From: an uncultured Bacteroidales bacterium
Lineage (GTDB): Bacteria > Bacteroidota > Bacteroidia > Bacteroidales > VadinHA17
Direction of reading: 5' to 3'
Assembly: GCA_963765005.1 (NCBI GenBank)
Contig: CAVXUP010000002.1
Location: 133,640 to 197,639 of the forward strand
DNA: 64,000 nucleotides
In this document: in pieces, positions 41,862-51,391 of the stretch
Position numbering within the stretch: position 1 is the first letter of the stretch
How the letters are laid out: the number at the start of each line of letters is the position of its first letter
Notes under the pieces: generated by a model
Database searches by the model: none
Told to the model about the DNA's origin: nothing
Seen by the model: the letters and a program-made list of their open reading frames with translations, nothing else
Translations under genes and position numbers: made by a program

Positions 41862-43511
41862 ATGAAAAGATCTATAGCGACACTGGCATTGATTTCAGTT
41901 TTATTAAGATTATATGGTCAGAGTGCTTATTTGCCGCCTGATAAACCAAGGCTTGTAATAGGCATTGTGGTTGAGCAGCTGAAATATGATCAGCTCGAAA
42001 AGTTAAGAGACAGGTTTGGAGAAGATGGTATTAAAAGGCTGATTAACGAGGGTTCCTACTTCAAGAATGCATCCTACCAGTATATGCTTACGCAGTCAGC
42101 GCCCGGACATGCTACCATAGCAACGGGGACGGAGCCATCATTCCACGGGATCACCTCAGACCAATGGTATCTGCCGCTTAAGGATGAATTGATTTACTGT
42201 ACAAAGGATATTTCAGTTAACCCTGTGGGGGGTAGTTATGAGTCGGGCTTGCATTCGCCGGTTAATCTGCAGGCTTCGACGTTTTCAGATGAGCTTGAGA
42301 TGGCAACCGGAAAGAAGGCAAAGGTCTATGGAGTTGGAATAAAGGAAAGTTCTGCAATTTTTTCAGCCGGTCATGCTGCAGACGGAGTTTTCTGGTTCGA
42401 CAATGTCACAGGAACCTGGATGACAAGCACATACTATGCAAGTACCCTTCCTCCATGGGTTAACGACTTTAATGCCATGAAGCATGCTGACTCATATCTC
42501 AATGGCATATGGAGCCTTCTGAAGCCGGCTGAAGCATATGCCGATTGCCTGCCTGATTCAAGCCTGTCCGAATTCGGGTTTAACTCAAAGATCACTTTTC
42601 CATACGATCTGAAAAAGATGAAGCCTAAAAGTCTTTTCAATACAAAACAGGATTATTCATTGCTGCGGGAGACTCCTTTCAGCAATTCTCTTACAACAAG
42701 CTTTGCCTTGAAACTTATTGAGAAGGAAAAGCTTGGAAAGGACGATGTGACTGATTTTATATCAATTTGTTATTCGGCAACTGACAACATCGGACACCGG
42801 TTTGGCCCATCATCGGTTGAGGCAGCTGACGCAATACTTCGTCTCGATGAGGATATAAAAAACCTTCTCAAATATCTTAACGACAGTATTGGCAAGAAGA
42901 ATGTTCTTGTCTATTTCACTTCAGCGCACGGCATATCGGAAGTGCCAAGCGTTCTTGCAGGCTCTCGTATACCATCCGGTCTTTTCAAGCAATCCCAGGC
43001 TCTGCAGATCCTGAGAAGTTATCTCAATGCAGTTTATGGCGAGGGCAACTGGGTGAAGGGATATTCTGAAAGGCAGGTTTACCTTAACCGTACTCTTATT
43101 GAAGATGCCCGGCTTTCACTGGAGGATGTACAAAAGAAAGTTGCCAGGTTCCTGGTGCAGTTCACAGGGGTTGCAGCCGCATATCCCTACTCCGCTTTTG
43201 AAGCAAATGACTTTGGAAATGGCAACCTTAGGCGCATCAACAATAATTTCAATCCCCAGAAGACAGGAGATGTTATAATTGCCCTGCAACCGGGCTGGAT
43301 AGAAAAAGAGGGAGATTATGTTACAAATCATAATTCACCTTATGAATATGATTCACATGTTCCTCTGATATGGTATGGATGGACAGTCAACAGGGCAACT
43401 ATCGCAAGGAAAGTGAATATTACAGATATTGCTGCGACTTTATCATCTTTATGCCGGGTGCCATATCCTAATTCATGCAGCGGGGAACCGATGTTCGAGC
43501 TCTTCAGGTAA
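41862..43511 (+). CDS. Alkaline-phosphatase-superfamily protein (nucleotide pyrophosphatase/phosphodiesterase type)
   Basis: Signal peptide; SAPGHATIATGTEPSFHGITSDQWY; downstream DNIGHRFGP and TSAHG metal-site-like motifs. Confidence 0.8.
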   Translation: MKRSIATLALISVLLRLYGQSAYLPPDKPRLVIGIVVEQLKYDQLEKLRDRFGEDGIKRLINEGSYFKNASYQYMLTQSAPGHATIATGTEPSFHGITSDQWYLPLKDELIYCTKDISVNPVGGSYESGLHSPVNLQASTFSDELEMATGKKAKVYGVGIKESSAIFSAGHAADGVFWFDNVTGTWMTSTYYASTLPPWVNDFNAMKHADSYLNGIWSLLKPAEAYADCLPDSSLSEFGFNSKITFPYDLKKMKPKSLFNTKQDYSLLRETPFSNSLTTSFALKLIEKEKLGKDDVTDFISICYSATDNIGHRFGPSSVEAADAILRLDEDIKNLLKYLNDSIGKKNVLVYFTSAHGISEVPSVLAGSRIPSGLFKQSQALQILRSYLNAVYGEGNWVKGYSERQVYLNRTLIEDARLSLEDVQKKVARFLVQFTGVAAAYPYSAFEANDFGNGNLRRINNNFNPQKTGDVIIALQPGWIEKEGDYVTNHNSPYEYDSHVPLIWYGWTVNRATIARKVNITDIAATLSSLCRVPYPNSCSGEPMFELFR

Positions 43512-43517
43512 TCCCTG

Positions 43518-44240
43518 TTAACTTCTGAATGAATCCCTTATCCTGCATGCGTCTGCAAGAAGACCGGGAGTTTTTTCAACCCCGTTTCCAAGGATGACAA
43601 GGTTCGCTCCGGCTTCAAAGATCTGCTGAACTTCGCTGCCATCCTTTATTCCTCCACCGACGGCAAGAGGTATCGATATATTTTGCCTGACTGCCTTGAT
43701 AACAGGAACAGGTATATGTCTTCCGGCTCCGCTGCCTGCCTCAAGGTAAATCATCCCGAGTCCAAGCATTTCACCTGCCAGGGCTGTAGCAACTGCAATA
43801 TCCGGCTTGTTGTCGGGGATAGCTTCGGTCTGGCTGATATACTCAACCGAAGTCTTGTTGCCGCAATTAATAAGGATGTAGCCTACTGAAACCAGTTTTT
43901 CCCTGACATCTTTCAGAAAGGGCGCGGCAAGAACATGGTTGCCTATGAGCAATTCAGGGTTGCGGCCTGAGATCATTGAAAGCAGGAGAATAGTATCGGC
44001 TTTATTTGTAAGCTGAAGAAGGTTTCCGGGAAAGAGGACAACAGGAATGCTGCAGACCTCTTTTACCGAGTCGATAAGAACGTCAATACTCTTAAAAGTA
44101 ATGCTGCCCCCGACAAGAATAAAATCAGGTCTGGTATCGTTTGCAGTCTTGAGGATATTCTTGAGTGAGGCGCCATTTGCCTTATCCGGATCAAGCAAGA
44201 GGCCGACACTCCGGAAACCTGGAAAGTTATTTGATTTCAT
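43518..44240 (-). CDS. Geranylgeranylglyceryl/heptaprenylglyceryl phosphate synthase family protein (PcrB/GGGPS, TIM barrel)
   Basis: IYLEAGSGAG and PLAVGGGIKDGSEVQQIFEAGANLVILGN phosphate-binding motifs; 240 aa. Confidence 0.8.
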   Translation of the reverse strand: MKSNNFPGFRSVGLLLDPDKANGASLKNILKTANDTRPDFILVGGSITFKSIDVLIDSVKEVCSIPVVLFPGNLLQLTNKADTILLLSMISGRNPELLIGNHVLAAPFLKDVREKLVSVGYILINCGNKTSVEYISQTEAIPDNKPDIAVATALAGEMLGLGMIYLEAGSGAGRHIPVPVIKAVRQNISIPLAVGGGIKDGSEVQQIFEAGANLVILGNGVEKTPGLLADACRIRDSFRS

Positions 44241-44874
44241 AGTTCTTTTTCGTCCATACTATCGTGTAGTTATCATACTTTGAATAGAACAGGTCGAAAG
44301 ACTCATTTATCTTGTCAGTGTGAACATGGCCTTTGATCTCGCCTGAATCCTTTACAACAAAGGGCTCTATTGTGATATTTCGCCTTATACTTATCCCTTC
44401 CTTGTCGCAGATCTTATAGAGAGCCTCTTTTGCGCACCAGTGGAGATACAGATGATATCGCCTGTTATCAGGATCTTTTGAGATTTTTTCCTTTCTGTTG
44501 AGAAACTTGAAAGCGATGGCGGCAATATTTGAGCTCATATATTCAAGATCGATGCCTACCTTTTCATTTGTGCTGAGCAAAATGGCGGTAAGCTTATGTG
44601 AATGGGTTATGCTTATAAATCTTGATCCGTCTTTCAGAAATGGCTTATTGTTCTTATTGTAAACTATCCTGGCATCCTTTCCCACCAGTTCAGCAAGAAG
44701 GGCCCTGACACTCAGAAATTCGAGTTTGCGGGAGTTGCTGCTATAACCCTTGTACCTCTTTTTGTCATCCGGATCAAGGGTTACCATTTCGAGCAAGGTA
44801 TTTATGTCTTCCTCGATCTTCCAGACTCCAAGGACAGAAAACTCATTAAGGTAGTGTTTTGTTATACAGCCCAT
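44227..44874 (-). CDS. 4'-phosphopantetheinyl transferase (Sfp-type)
   Basis: ISITHS, VGIDLEYM and WCAKEALYK motifs. 14-nt overlap with the downstream gene. Confidence 0.85.
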   Translation of the reverse strand: MGCITKHYLNEFSVLGVWKIEEDINTLLEMVTLDPDDKKRYKGYSSNSRKLEFLSVRALLAELVGKDARIVYNKNNKPFLKDGSRFISITHSHKLTAILLSTNEKVGIDLEYMSSNIAAIAFKFLNRKEKISKDPDNRRYHLYLHWCAKEALYKICDKEGISIRRNITIEPFVVKDSGEIKGHVHTDKINESFDLFYSKYDNYTIVWTKKNYEIK

Positions 44875-44890
44875 TTACAGAGATCTCCTG

Positions 44891-45514
44891 TTATTTTTTC
44901 CATTCAAGTGATTCAACGAGATGAATTATGTCCTTCCTGAAGAAATCAATTACCGGTGCTAGCGAATCTGCGTCAGGTTCGGCATTGAAATACAGAGAAC
45001 CACGAAGGTAATGGTTTATACTGTCTGTAGCATAAAACTGGACTGCAGTTGCTGTTTTCCCTTTCAGATCGTAAAGAGTGCCGTATACCCTGTTCACGGG
45101 ATTATTGAAGATCTGTTCATTTATTGCATCAGCCTTTGAGATATGGTTCTTGACATTCATCTTGTATGTCTGTTCCATCAGTCCGTCAAAATCATTGTTT
45201 ATAGCCTTGTAGGTAAGATAAATACTGGCACCATACTGAGGGAAATCAATATTGAACCATCCTGCTTTTTTAGACATATCTGAATCAAAAGAAATATTGC
45301 CATAGACAGGGAATTCAAAAGAGAAAGGAAAATCCTTTTCTTCAGCTTTATTCTGATTAAACAGACGATACTCCTTCTGCGGGAGATCTATCCTGAAGTG
45401 CCCTTTCGGTTTTGGCACATTAACCTCCCTGCAACCAACAAAGGCAGACAGCACAAAGAGGAGCGGAACAATATTAATCTCTTTTATTTTCAATCTCGTC
45501 GCTGTTAATTTCAA
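44891..45514 (-). CDS. gldD: Gliding-motility lipoprotein GldD
   Basis: Lipobox LSAFVGC followed by PKPKGHFRIDLP. About 200 aa, immediately downstream of the gldE-like gene as described for Flavobacterium johnsoniae. Confidence 0.75.
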   Translation of the reverse strand: MKLTATRLKIKEINIVPLLFVLSAFVGCREVNVPKPKGHFRIDLPQKEYRLFNQNKAEEKDFPFSFEFPVYGNISFDSDMSKKAGWFNIDFPQYGASIYLTYKAINNDFDGLMEQTYKMNVKNHISKADAINEQIFNNPVNRVYGTLYDLKGKTATAVQFYATDSINHYLRGSLYFNAEPDADSLAPVIDFFRKDIIHLVESLEWKK

Positions 45515-46433
45515 CCCTGACCTCCTTTATTCTTCTCCTGTCGGAAGATTCGATTCTGAAGACAAAGTTTCTATAGGCTATGACCTGATCCTTCTGTGGT
45601 ATTTCTCCGGTCAGTTCAAGGATCAGTCCTGCAAGAGTTTCCGATTCTCCCCTATCTTCTTCAATAAGTTCTTCATCAAGCTCCAGCACCCTGCAAAAGT
45701 CATTCAACAGAATTTTGCCTTCGAAAATATAGGTCCTGTCGTCAACTTTTCTGTAAAGATCCTGATCATCATCACTCTCATCAGCTATTTCTCCCACTAT
45801 CTCTTCCAGGATATCTTCGAGGGTCACTATTCCTGAAGTCCCGCCAAATTCATCGATCACAACCGCCATATGTATCTTCCTGGTCTGAAATTCCTTAAGC
45901 AGATCATTAATTCTTTTTGTTTCAGGAACAAAATAAGGAGGACGTACAAGAGACTGCCATTTGAAGCTGGCAGGGTTGTTTGCATAAGGCAGGATGTCTT
46001 TGGCGTAAAGAATCCCTTTGACAGAATCGAAAGAAACTGAGTACACAGGGATTCTTGAGAAGCCGGAGCTTACGATGACATCTAATATCCTTTTGTAGCC
46101 CCATTTATTGTCGATAGCAGTCACATCCATCCTGGGACACATAATTGCGCTCACATTTGTATTCCCGAAATTGACAAGTCCCTTGAGTATTTTTCCATCC
46201 TTATTCAGCGGTCCTGATTTTAGTTCAAGCGCATCAGAGAGGTCATTCATGTTTATTTTCGACCTTCTGGCGTTTTCATTCCTTTTTACAAGGGATATTG
46301 TGATTATTACTGATAATGAGCATAGTATTACGAGCGCCAGAACAAATATCAATGTCAGGGTTCCGATGTCAGGTGCATTTTCGGTAATGCCTGTAATAAA
46401 TGTTAAGTAGATGTGATGATCAGCCGGTTCCAA
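45474..46433 (-). CDS. gldE: GldE-like CBS-pair/CorC_HlyC protein with only one N-terminal TM segment
   Basis: CBS-pair region (PRMDVTAID...RIPVYS...) and a CorC-type C-terminus (ETLAGLILELTGEIPQKDQ...FRIESSDRRRIKEVRVEI). Lies between ssb and gldD. Confidence 0.75.
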   Translation of the reverse strand: MEPADHHIYLTFITGITENAPDIGTLTLIFVLALVILCSLSVIITISLVKRNENARRSKINMNDLSDALELKSGPLNKDGKILKGLVNFGNTNVSAIMCPRMDVTAIDNKWGYKRILDVIVSSGFSRIPVYSVSFDSVKGILYAKDILPYANNPASFKWQSLVRPPYFVPETKRINDLLKEFQTRKIHMAVVIDEFGGTSGIVTLEDILEEIVGEIADESDDDQDLYRKVDDRTYIFEGKILLNDFCRVLELDEELIEEDRGESETLAGLILELTGEIPQKDQVIAYRNFVFRIESSDRRRIKEVRVEINSDEIENKRD

Positions 46434-46457
46434 TTTAATATTTTTGATTGAGAGTGA

Positions 46458-46976
46458 TTAGAAAGGAAGATCATCCTCATTATTCTGGGTTCCGGGTCCG
46501 TCTTTTCCGTAACTGTCAGCATTGTAATCACCGGGTCCGTTTTCTTTATCTGTATTATATGCATGAGGAGGTTCGGTTACAGCTGATTGTTTTTCGCTGC
46601 TGTCGCCTCTGTTCGATTCAGAAGCCGGGGTAAAGGATCCTGAGCCTTGTTTCTTCTCCAGAAGCAAAAGCGTATCTGCCAGGATTTCTGTGATATATTT
46701 ATTTACACCATCCTTATCGACATACGACCTGGTTTTTATCTTTCCTATAATATATACCTGGGCGCCTTTTTTTACAGTTTTTTCAGCAACTTCGGCCAGT
46801 GAACGCCATAATACAATATTATGCCACTCTGTTGATGTAATTGTCTCTCCCTGCTGGTTTGTGTAAGTCTCACTCGTTGCCAGAGGGAAAGTAGCTTTTG
46901 CAACACCTTTGTCGAAATACCTTACAACAGGGTCTTTTCCGACGTTGCCGACAAGTATCACTTTATTGATTGACAT
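46458..46976 (-). CDS. ssb: Single-stranded DNA-binding protein
   Basis: MSINKVILVGNVGKDPVVRY OB-fold N-terminus, Gly/Ser/Asn-rich linker and acidic tip DDLPF. Confidence 0.97.
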   Translation of the reverse strand: MSINKVILVGNVGKDPVVRYFDKGVAKATFPLATSETYTNQQGETITSTEWHNIVLWRSLAEVAEKTVKKGAQVYIIGKIKTRSYVDKDGVNKYITEILADTLLLLEKKQGSGSFTPASESNRGDSSEKQSAVTEPPHAYNTDKENGPGDYNADSYGKDGPGTQNNEDDLPF

Positions 46977-47234
46977 GTAGTTACTTGTTTATTAATACTA
47001 AAGATACAGAATGGTAAAGGTAATAAAAAAAGTGCTTTCTGCAACCGGCATAATCGATATTGATGCAAGGTTCTATTAATGAGTAATTTATCTAAATCAC
47101 TTTTGTTTCTGCCTCAGGCCATCCGGCGATTCATTCCAATTTACGCTTTTCCTATTTCATTGTATTTAAGGTAGTAATAAAAATAAAATAAAAAATTATT
47201 ATTTAACTATTTCATTTTAAACAAATAATATTTT

Positions 47235-47242
47235 TATATTTG
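47235..47242 (+). promoter_or_regulatory. Candidate -7 promoter box (TATATTTG) for the HU gene
   Basis: TAnnTTTG match about 57 nt upstream of ATG 47299. Confidence 0.4.
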
Positions 47243-47298
47243 CACAGTTGAAAAAACGCACTGACAAAATAAATAATTGAATTTAAACTTCACGAAAA

Positions 47299-47586
47299 AT
47301 GACTAAAGCAGACATCGTTAATGAGATTGCCAAGAATACTGGTATTGAGAAGGTAACAGTTCAAAAAACTGTTGAAGCCCTTATGGAAACAGTTAAGGAT
47401 TCTATGGTAAAAGGTAATAATGTTTACCTCAGGGGTTTTGGAAGCTTCATCGTTAAGAAAAGAGCTAAGAAAACTGCAAGGAATATCTCCAAGAATACAA
47501 CTATTATAATTCCTGCTCACAACATACCTGCCTTCAAACCGGCAAAAACATTCATAACCAAAGTTAAATCACACGTTAAGAAGTAA
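47299..47586 (+). CDS. HU-family DNA-binding protein
   Basis: MTKADIVNEIAKNTG...LRGFGSF...RNISKNTTIIIPAHNIPAFKP beta-arm motif. Confidence 0.95.
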   Translation: MTKADIVNEIAKNTGIEKVTVQKTVEALMETVKDSMVKGNNVYLRGFGSFIVKKRAKKTARNISKNTTIIIPAHNIPAFKPAKTFITKVKSHVKK

Positions 47587-47592
47587 CATCAT

Positions 47593-47682
47593 ATGCCAAG
47601 CGGTAAAAAAAGAAAAAGACATAAGATGGCCACTCACAAACGCAAAAAGCGTTTGAGGAAGAACAGACATAAGAAGAAGTAG
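47593..47682 (+). CDS. 29-aa extremely basic mini-protein (bS22/THX-like ribosomal-protein candidate); below the ORF-track cutoff
   Basis: Hand translation gives MPSGKKRKRHKMATHKRKKRLRKNRHKKK. Starts 6 nt after the HU stop and is followed by a terminator. Confidence 0.6.
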   Translation: MPSGKKRKRHKMATHKRKKRLRKNRHKKK

Positions 47683-47715
47683 CAGATCAGTAAGTGGTCG
47701 TATAACTGATATAAT

Positions 47716-47751
47716 AAACCTAAAGATCTGACGGTCTTTAGGTTTATTTTT
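47716..47751 (+). terminator. Rho-independent terminator
   Basis: AAACCTAAAGA / TCTTTAGGTTT 11-bp stem with an 8-nt loop, followed by ATTTTT. Confidence 0.8.
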
Positions 47752-47802
47752 AATTATGTTTCATAGTGCTGTTGGCATATTAACTCCGATTAATATAGTG
47801 AC

Positions 47803-49362
47803 GTGGTAAACAAGGATTTAATCATTGATGTTGGTGATTCCGAGGTTTCTTTGGCTTTGTTGGAAGACAAGCAGTTGATTGAACTAAACAAGGAAAAGCG
47901 CAATATCAGGTTTTCAGTTGGTGATGTCTACCTTGGAAAGGTAAAAAAGATAATGCCCGGACTCAATGCCGCATTTGTCAATGTGGGGTATGAACGTGAT
48001 GCTTTTCTGCATTACCTTGATCTTGGTGCCCAGTTCCGAACCCAGCAAAAGTACTATACATCTGCCATTCAGAAACTAGGGAAAGTTCCCCCTATCAGCA
48101 AATTCAAGCCCGAACCGGATATTGACAAGGATGGCAAGATAACAGATATTCTTACCACCGGGCAGACAGTAATTGTACAGGTTACCAAGGAACCAATATC
48201 AACCAAAGGACCAAGGCTCGCATCTGAAATTTCGCTTGCTGGCCGCAACCTGGTTTTGATGCCATATTCCGACAAGGTATCAATATCCTCAAAAATTGAA
48301 AGCTCGGAAGAGAAGAGCCGGCTTAAGGCTCTTGTGCATAGCATTAAACCTCGAAATTACGGGGTTATTGTAAGAACAGTCGCGGAAGGTAAAAAAGTGG
48401 CGGTTCTCGATGCAGAGCTGAAGGAGCTGGTAAGCAAATGGGAGTCAGCATTCGCATCTCTTAAAAAGGAGACAAAGACCCCCAGGCTTTTTATCGGTGA
48501 AATGAACAGGACCTCGACTATCCTGCGGGATATGCTGAACGTTACATTTAACAGCATCCATATTAACGATCAGTCATTAGCCGATGAGATACGATTATAT
48601 ATAAGGGAAATTGCTCCTGAGAAGGAAAAGATTGTCAAAGTTTATAAAAGTTCACTCCCGATCTTTGATCATTTCGGCATCAACAAGCAGATCAAGGCGC
48701 TCTTCGGGAAAACAGTATCTTTTAAGCATGGCGCCTACCTTATAATTGAACACACCGAAGCGCTTCATGTTATTGATGTCAACAGCGGGAACAGGTCCAG
48801 ATCGGGTAATGACCAGGAAGCGAACGCCCTTGAAGTAAATATGGAAGCTGCCGTTGAAATTGCCCGGCAACTAAGGCTGCGCGATATGGGCGGCATTATT
48901 GTTGTTGACTTCATTGATATGCAGACTTCAGAGAATAAGCAACAGCTGTATGATAAAATGAAGGAGGTGATGGGCAATGACAGAACCAAGCACAACATCC
49001 TTCCCCTTACCAAATTCGGGATTATGCAGATCACCCGGCAGAGAGTAAGGCCCGAAATGAATATTGTAACAGATGAGAAATGTCCCGCCTGCCAGGGAAC
49101 AGGTGAGACTAAACCAACAATATTATATACCGATGAACTTGAGAGGAGTCTGGCTTTCATTGTTGACAAGATAAAAACACGAAAGCTGACGCTGAATGTG
49201 CATCCTTTTGTTGCTGCCTACCTTAAAAAGGGAATAATCCCTTTATGCCGGAAATGGAATTTCAAATACAAGATCAGTCTTAAGGTCCAGCCAGTCACTG
49301 CATATCATATGCTCGAATATCATTTTTACGACAGATATGATAATGAGATAGATCTGGCTTAA
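47803..49362 (+). CDS. rng: Ribonuclease E/G family endoribonuclease (RNase G-like, GTG start)
   Basis: S1 domain (VGDVYLGKVKKIMPGLNAAFVNVG), catalytic core (HVIDVNSG) and a Zn-link CPACQGTG. Confidence 0.93.
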   Translation: MVNKDLIIDVGDSEVSLALLEDKQLIELNKEKRNIRFSVGDVYLGKVKKIMPGLNAAFVNVGYERDAFLHYLDLGAQFRTQQKYYTSAIQKLGKVPPISKFKPEPDIDKDGKITDILTTGQTVIVQVTKEPISTKGPRLASEISLAGRNLVLMPYSDKVSISSKIESSEEKSRLKALVHSIKPRNYGVIVRTVAEGKKVAVLDAELKELVSKWESAFASLKKETKTPRLFIGEMNRTSTILRDMLNVTFNSIHINDQSLADEIRLYIREIAPEKEKIVKVYKSSLPIFDHFGINKQIKALFGKTVSFKHGAYLIIEHTEALHVIDVNSGNRSRSGNDQEANALEVNMEAAVEIARQLRLRDMGGIIVVDFIDMQTSENKQQLYDKMKEVMGNDRTKHNILPLTKFGIMQITRQRVRPEMNIVTDEKCPACQGTGETKPTILYTDELERSLAFIVDKIKTRKLTLNVHPFVAAYLKKGIIPLCRKWNFKYKISLKVQPVTAYHMLEYHFYDRYDNEIDLA

Positions 49363-49373
49363 AATTACAAGTC

Positions 49374-51371
49374 ATGATAAAAAGAAGCCTCTTTATTATC
49401 CTCGCAGTCATTTTTGCTCTGAATGCAACAGCCCAGATATTTGATCCGGTAACCTGGAGTTTCGGATATGAAAAGAAGGGCGAAAACAAGTATGAACTTG
49501 TTTTTACTGCGACAGTTGAGAAAGGTTCACATATTTATTCAATGAATATTCCTGACGGAGGCCCGATTCCGACGACTTTTACAATTGACTCTCTGCCAGG
49601 ATATTCATTATCAGGAAAGGCATATGAAGTAACTGAAGCTGAAGAGATTTTCGACGAGGCCTTCGGATTCAAGATAAAAACATTCAGCGATAAAGCCGAA
49701 TTCAGACAGGCAGTTACCGGGACCTCTCCCTCTTTTACGGTAAAGGGAATGGTCAATTTTATGGCTTGCAACAATTCAACATGTTCGCCTCCCAAGGACG
49801 TGGAGTTTGAAATAAAAATTTCTGAGCCAGGCTCGGAACTTACTGCTGAAGCGGCTGATGTACCATTAACTGATTCAAGGCCCTCAGCAACAAATTCAGG
49901 ACTTCTGAAATTCTTTCTTATCTCTCTTCTTGCAGGATTTGCCGGAGTACTTACTCCGTGTGTCTTCCCAATGATCCCAATGACTGTTGCATTTTTCTCT
50001 CAGGGATCTGAGAACAGGGGCAAGTCGGTGCTGAAAGCAGTCGTTTTCGGGCTTTCAATAGTGCTTATCTATTCATCACTGGGCATAATTGTCTCACTTA
50101 CAAGTGCAGGTGCTGGTTTTGCCAATGCCTTAAGTACGCACTGGATCCCCAATACAATATTTTTCCTTCTTTTTGTCGTTTTTGCCACCTCATTCTTTGG
50201 TGCTTTTGAAATAGTGCTGCCAAACAGCTGGGTCTCCGGAGCTGATTCAAGAGTCGATAAGGGAGGAATTATTTCATCATTCTTTATGGGACTTACAACA
50301 GTAATTGTCTCATTTTCATGTACAGGTCCAATTATTGGCGCTTTGCTTGTTGAGGCAGCCAGCGGTGATGTTCTCCGTCCGACAATCGGAATGATAGGTT
50401 TTGGGCTTGCTTTTGCCCTGCCATTCACCTTTTTTGCCCTCTTCCCATCAGTAATGAACAAACTGCCCCGCTCAGGCGGATGGCTGAATTCAATTAAAGT
50501 TGTGCTGGGATTCATTATGCTTGCCTTCAGCATGAAATTCATTATGACGGTCGACAGTGTTTATTCACTCGGGATTCTGTCGAGAGATCTGTTTATTGCA
50601 ATCTGGATAGTGCTTTTTTCTCTTCTGGGCTTGTATCTCATGGGAAAAATAAAATTCTCACACGACAGCGACCTGCCATTCATAGGTACATTCAGATTGT
50701 TTCTTATTGTTGCAGTATTCTCATTCGTTGTTTATCTTATACCTGGTCTGTTCGGAGCTCCTTTGAGCGGCTTATCATCCTTTCTGCCGGCCTCTTCAAA
50801 ATCAGAGTTCAATCTCCAGAAAATGATATCGGAAAACCGCACCTTTCAGTCACCAGCCGCCGGCAATTCAACGGTAAGCATCCTCTGTTCAGAACCAAAA
50901 CATGCAGATATTTTTGAAATGCCCCTGGGACTTACCGGGTACTTCGACTTTAAGCAGGGACTTGCATGTGCTAAGGAGCAGGGCAAACCGGTATTGATCG
51001 ATTTCAAGGGACATGCCTGTGCCAACTGCAAACTGATGGAGGCCAAAGTGTGGTCAGATCCGGAAGTGCTGAGAAGGCTCAGGGAGAATTTTGTAATTAT
51101 TGCCCTTTATATCGACGACAGGACTCAGCTTCCGGAGAGTGAATGGATAACTTCCAGTCTTGATGGCAAGGTGAAGAAGACGATAGGGAAAATAAATGAA
51201 GACCTTGAAATTTCACTTTTCAAAACAAATGCTATGCCTCTTTATGTGATCGCCGATCACGATGGGAAACCACTCAATACACCAATGCCTACAAATCTTA
51301 ATGTTGAGGAGTACAAGAAGTGGCTCGATGAGGGTATTGAAATATATAAAAAAAGCAAAGGACCTCTTTAA
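49374..51371 (+). CDS. dsbD: Thiol:disulfide interchange protein DsbD-like (N-terminal domain, 8-TM core, C-terminal thioredoxin)
   Basis: Signal peptide; TM Cys motifs LTPCVFPMIP and SFSCTGPI; C-terminal KGHACANCK (CxxC). Confidence 0.9.
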   Translation: MIKRSLFIILAVIFALNATAQIFDPVTWSFGYEKKGENKYELVFTATVEKGSHIYSMNIPDGGPIPTTFTIDSLPGYSLSGKAYEVTEAEEIFDEAFGFKIKTFSDKAEFRQAVTGTSPSFTVKGMVNFMACNNSTCSPPKDVEFEIKISEPGSELTAEAADVPLTDSRPSATNSGLLKFFLISLLAGFAGVLTPCVFPMIPMTVAFFSQGSENRGKSVLKAVVFGLSIVLIYSSLGIIVSLTSAGAGFANALSTHWIPNTIFFLLFVVFATSFFGAFEIVLPNSWVSGADSRVDKGGIISSFFMGLTTVIVSFSCTGPIIGALLVEAASGDVLRPTIGMIGFGLAFALPFTFFALFPSVMNKLPRSGGWLNSIKVVLGFIMLAFSMKFIMTVDSVYSLGILSRDLFIAIWIVLFSLLGLYLMGKIKFSHDSDLPFIGTFRLFLIVAVFSFVVYLIPGLFGAPLSGLSSFLPASSKSEFNLQKMISENRTFQSPAAGNSTVSILCSEPKHADIFEMPLGLTGYFDFKQGLACAKEQGKPVLIDFKGHACANCKLMEAKVWSDPEVLRRLRENFVIIALYIDDRTQLPESEWITSSLDGKVKKTIGKINEDLEISLFKTNAMPLYVIADHDGKPLNTPMPTNLNVEEYKKWLDEGIEIYKKSKGPL

Positions 51372-51391
51372 TGTAATTAATTCAAAAAGAC

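Noticed and set aside
45474-45514. Frameshift or pseudogene at the 41-nt gldE/gldD overlap
   Set aside because: Both frames are intact and each product has its expected C- or N-terminal features (the CorC_HlyC end and the lipobox of GldD). The overlap may shrink if gldD uses a non-ATG start. There is no evidence of disruption.
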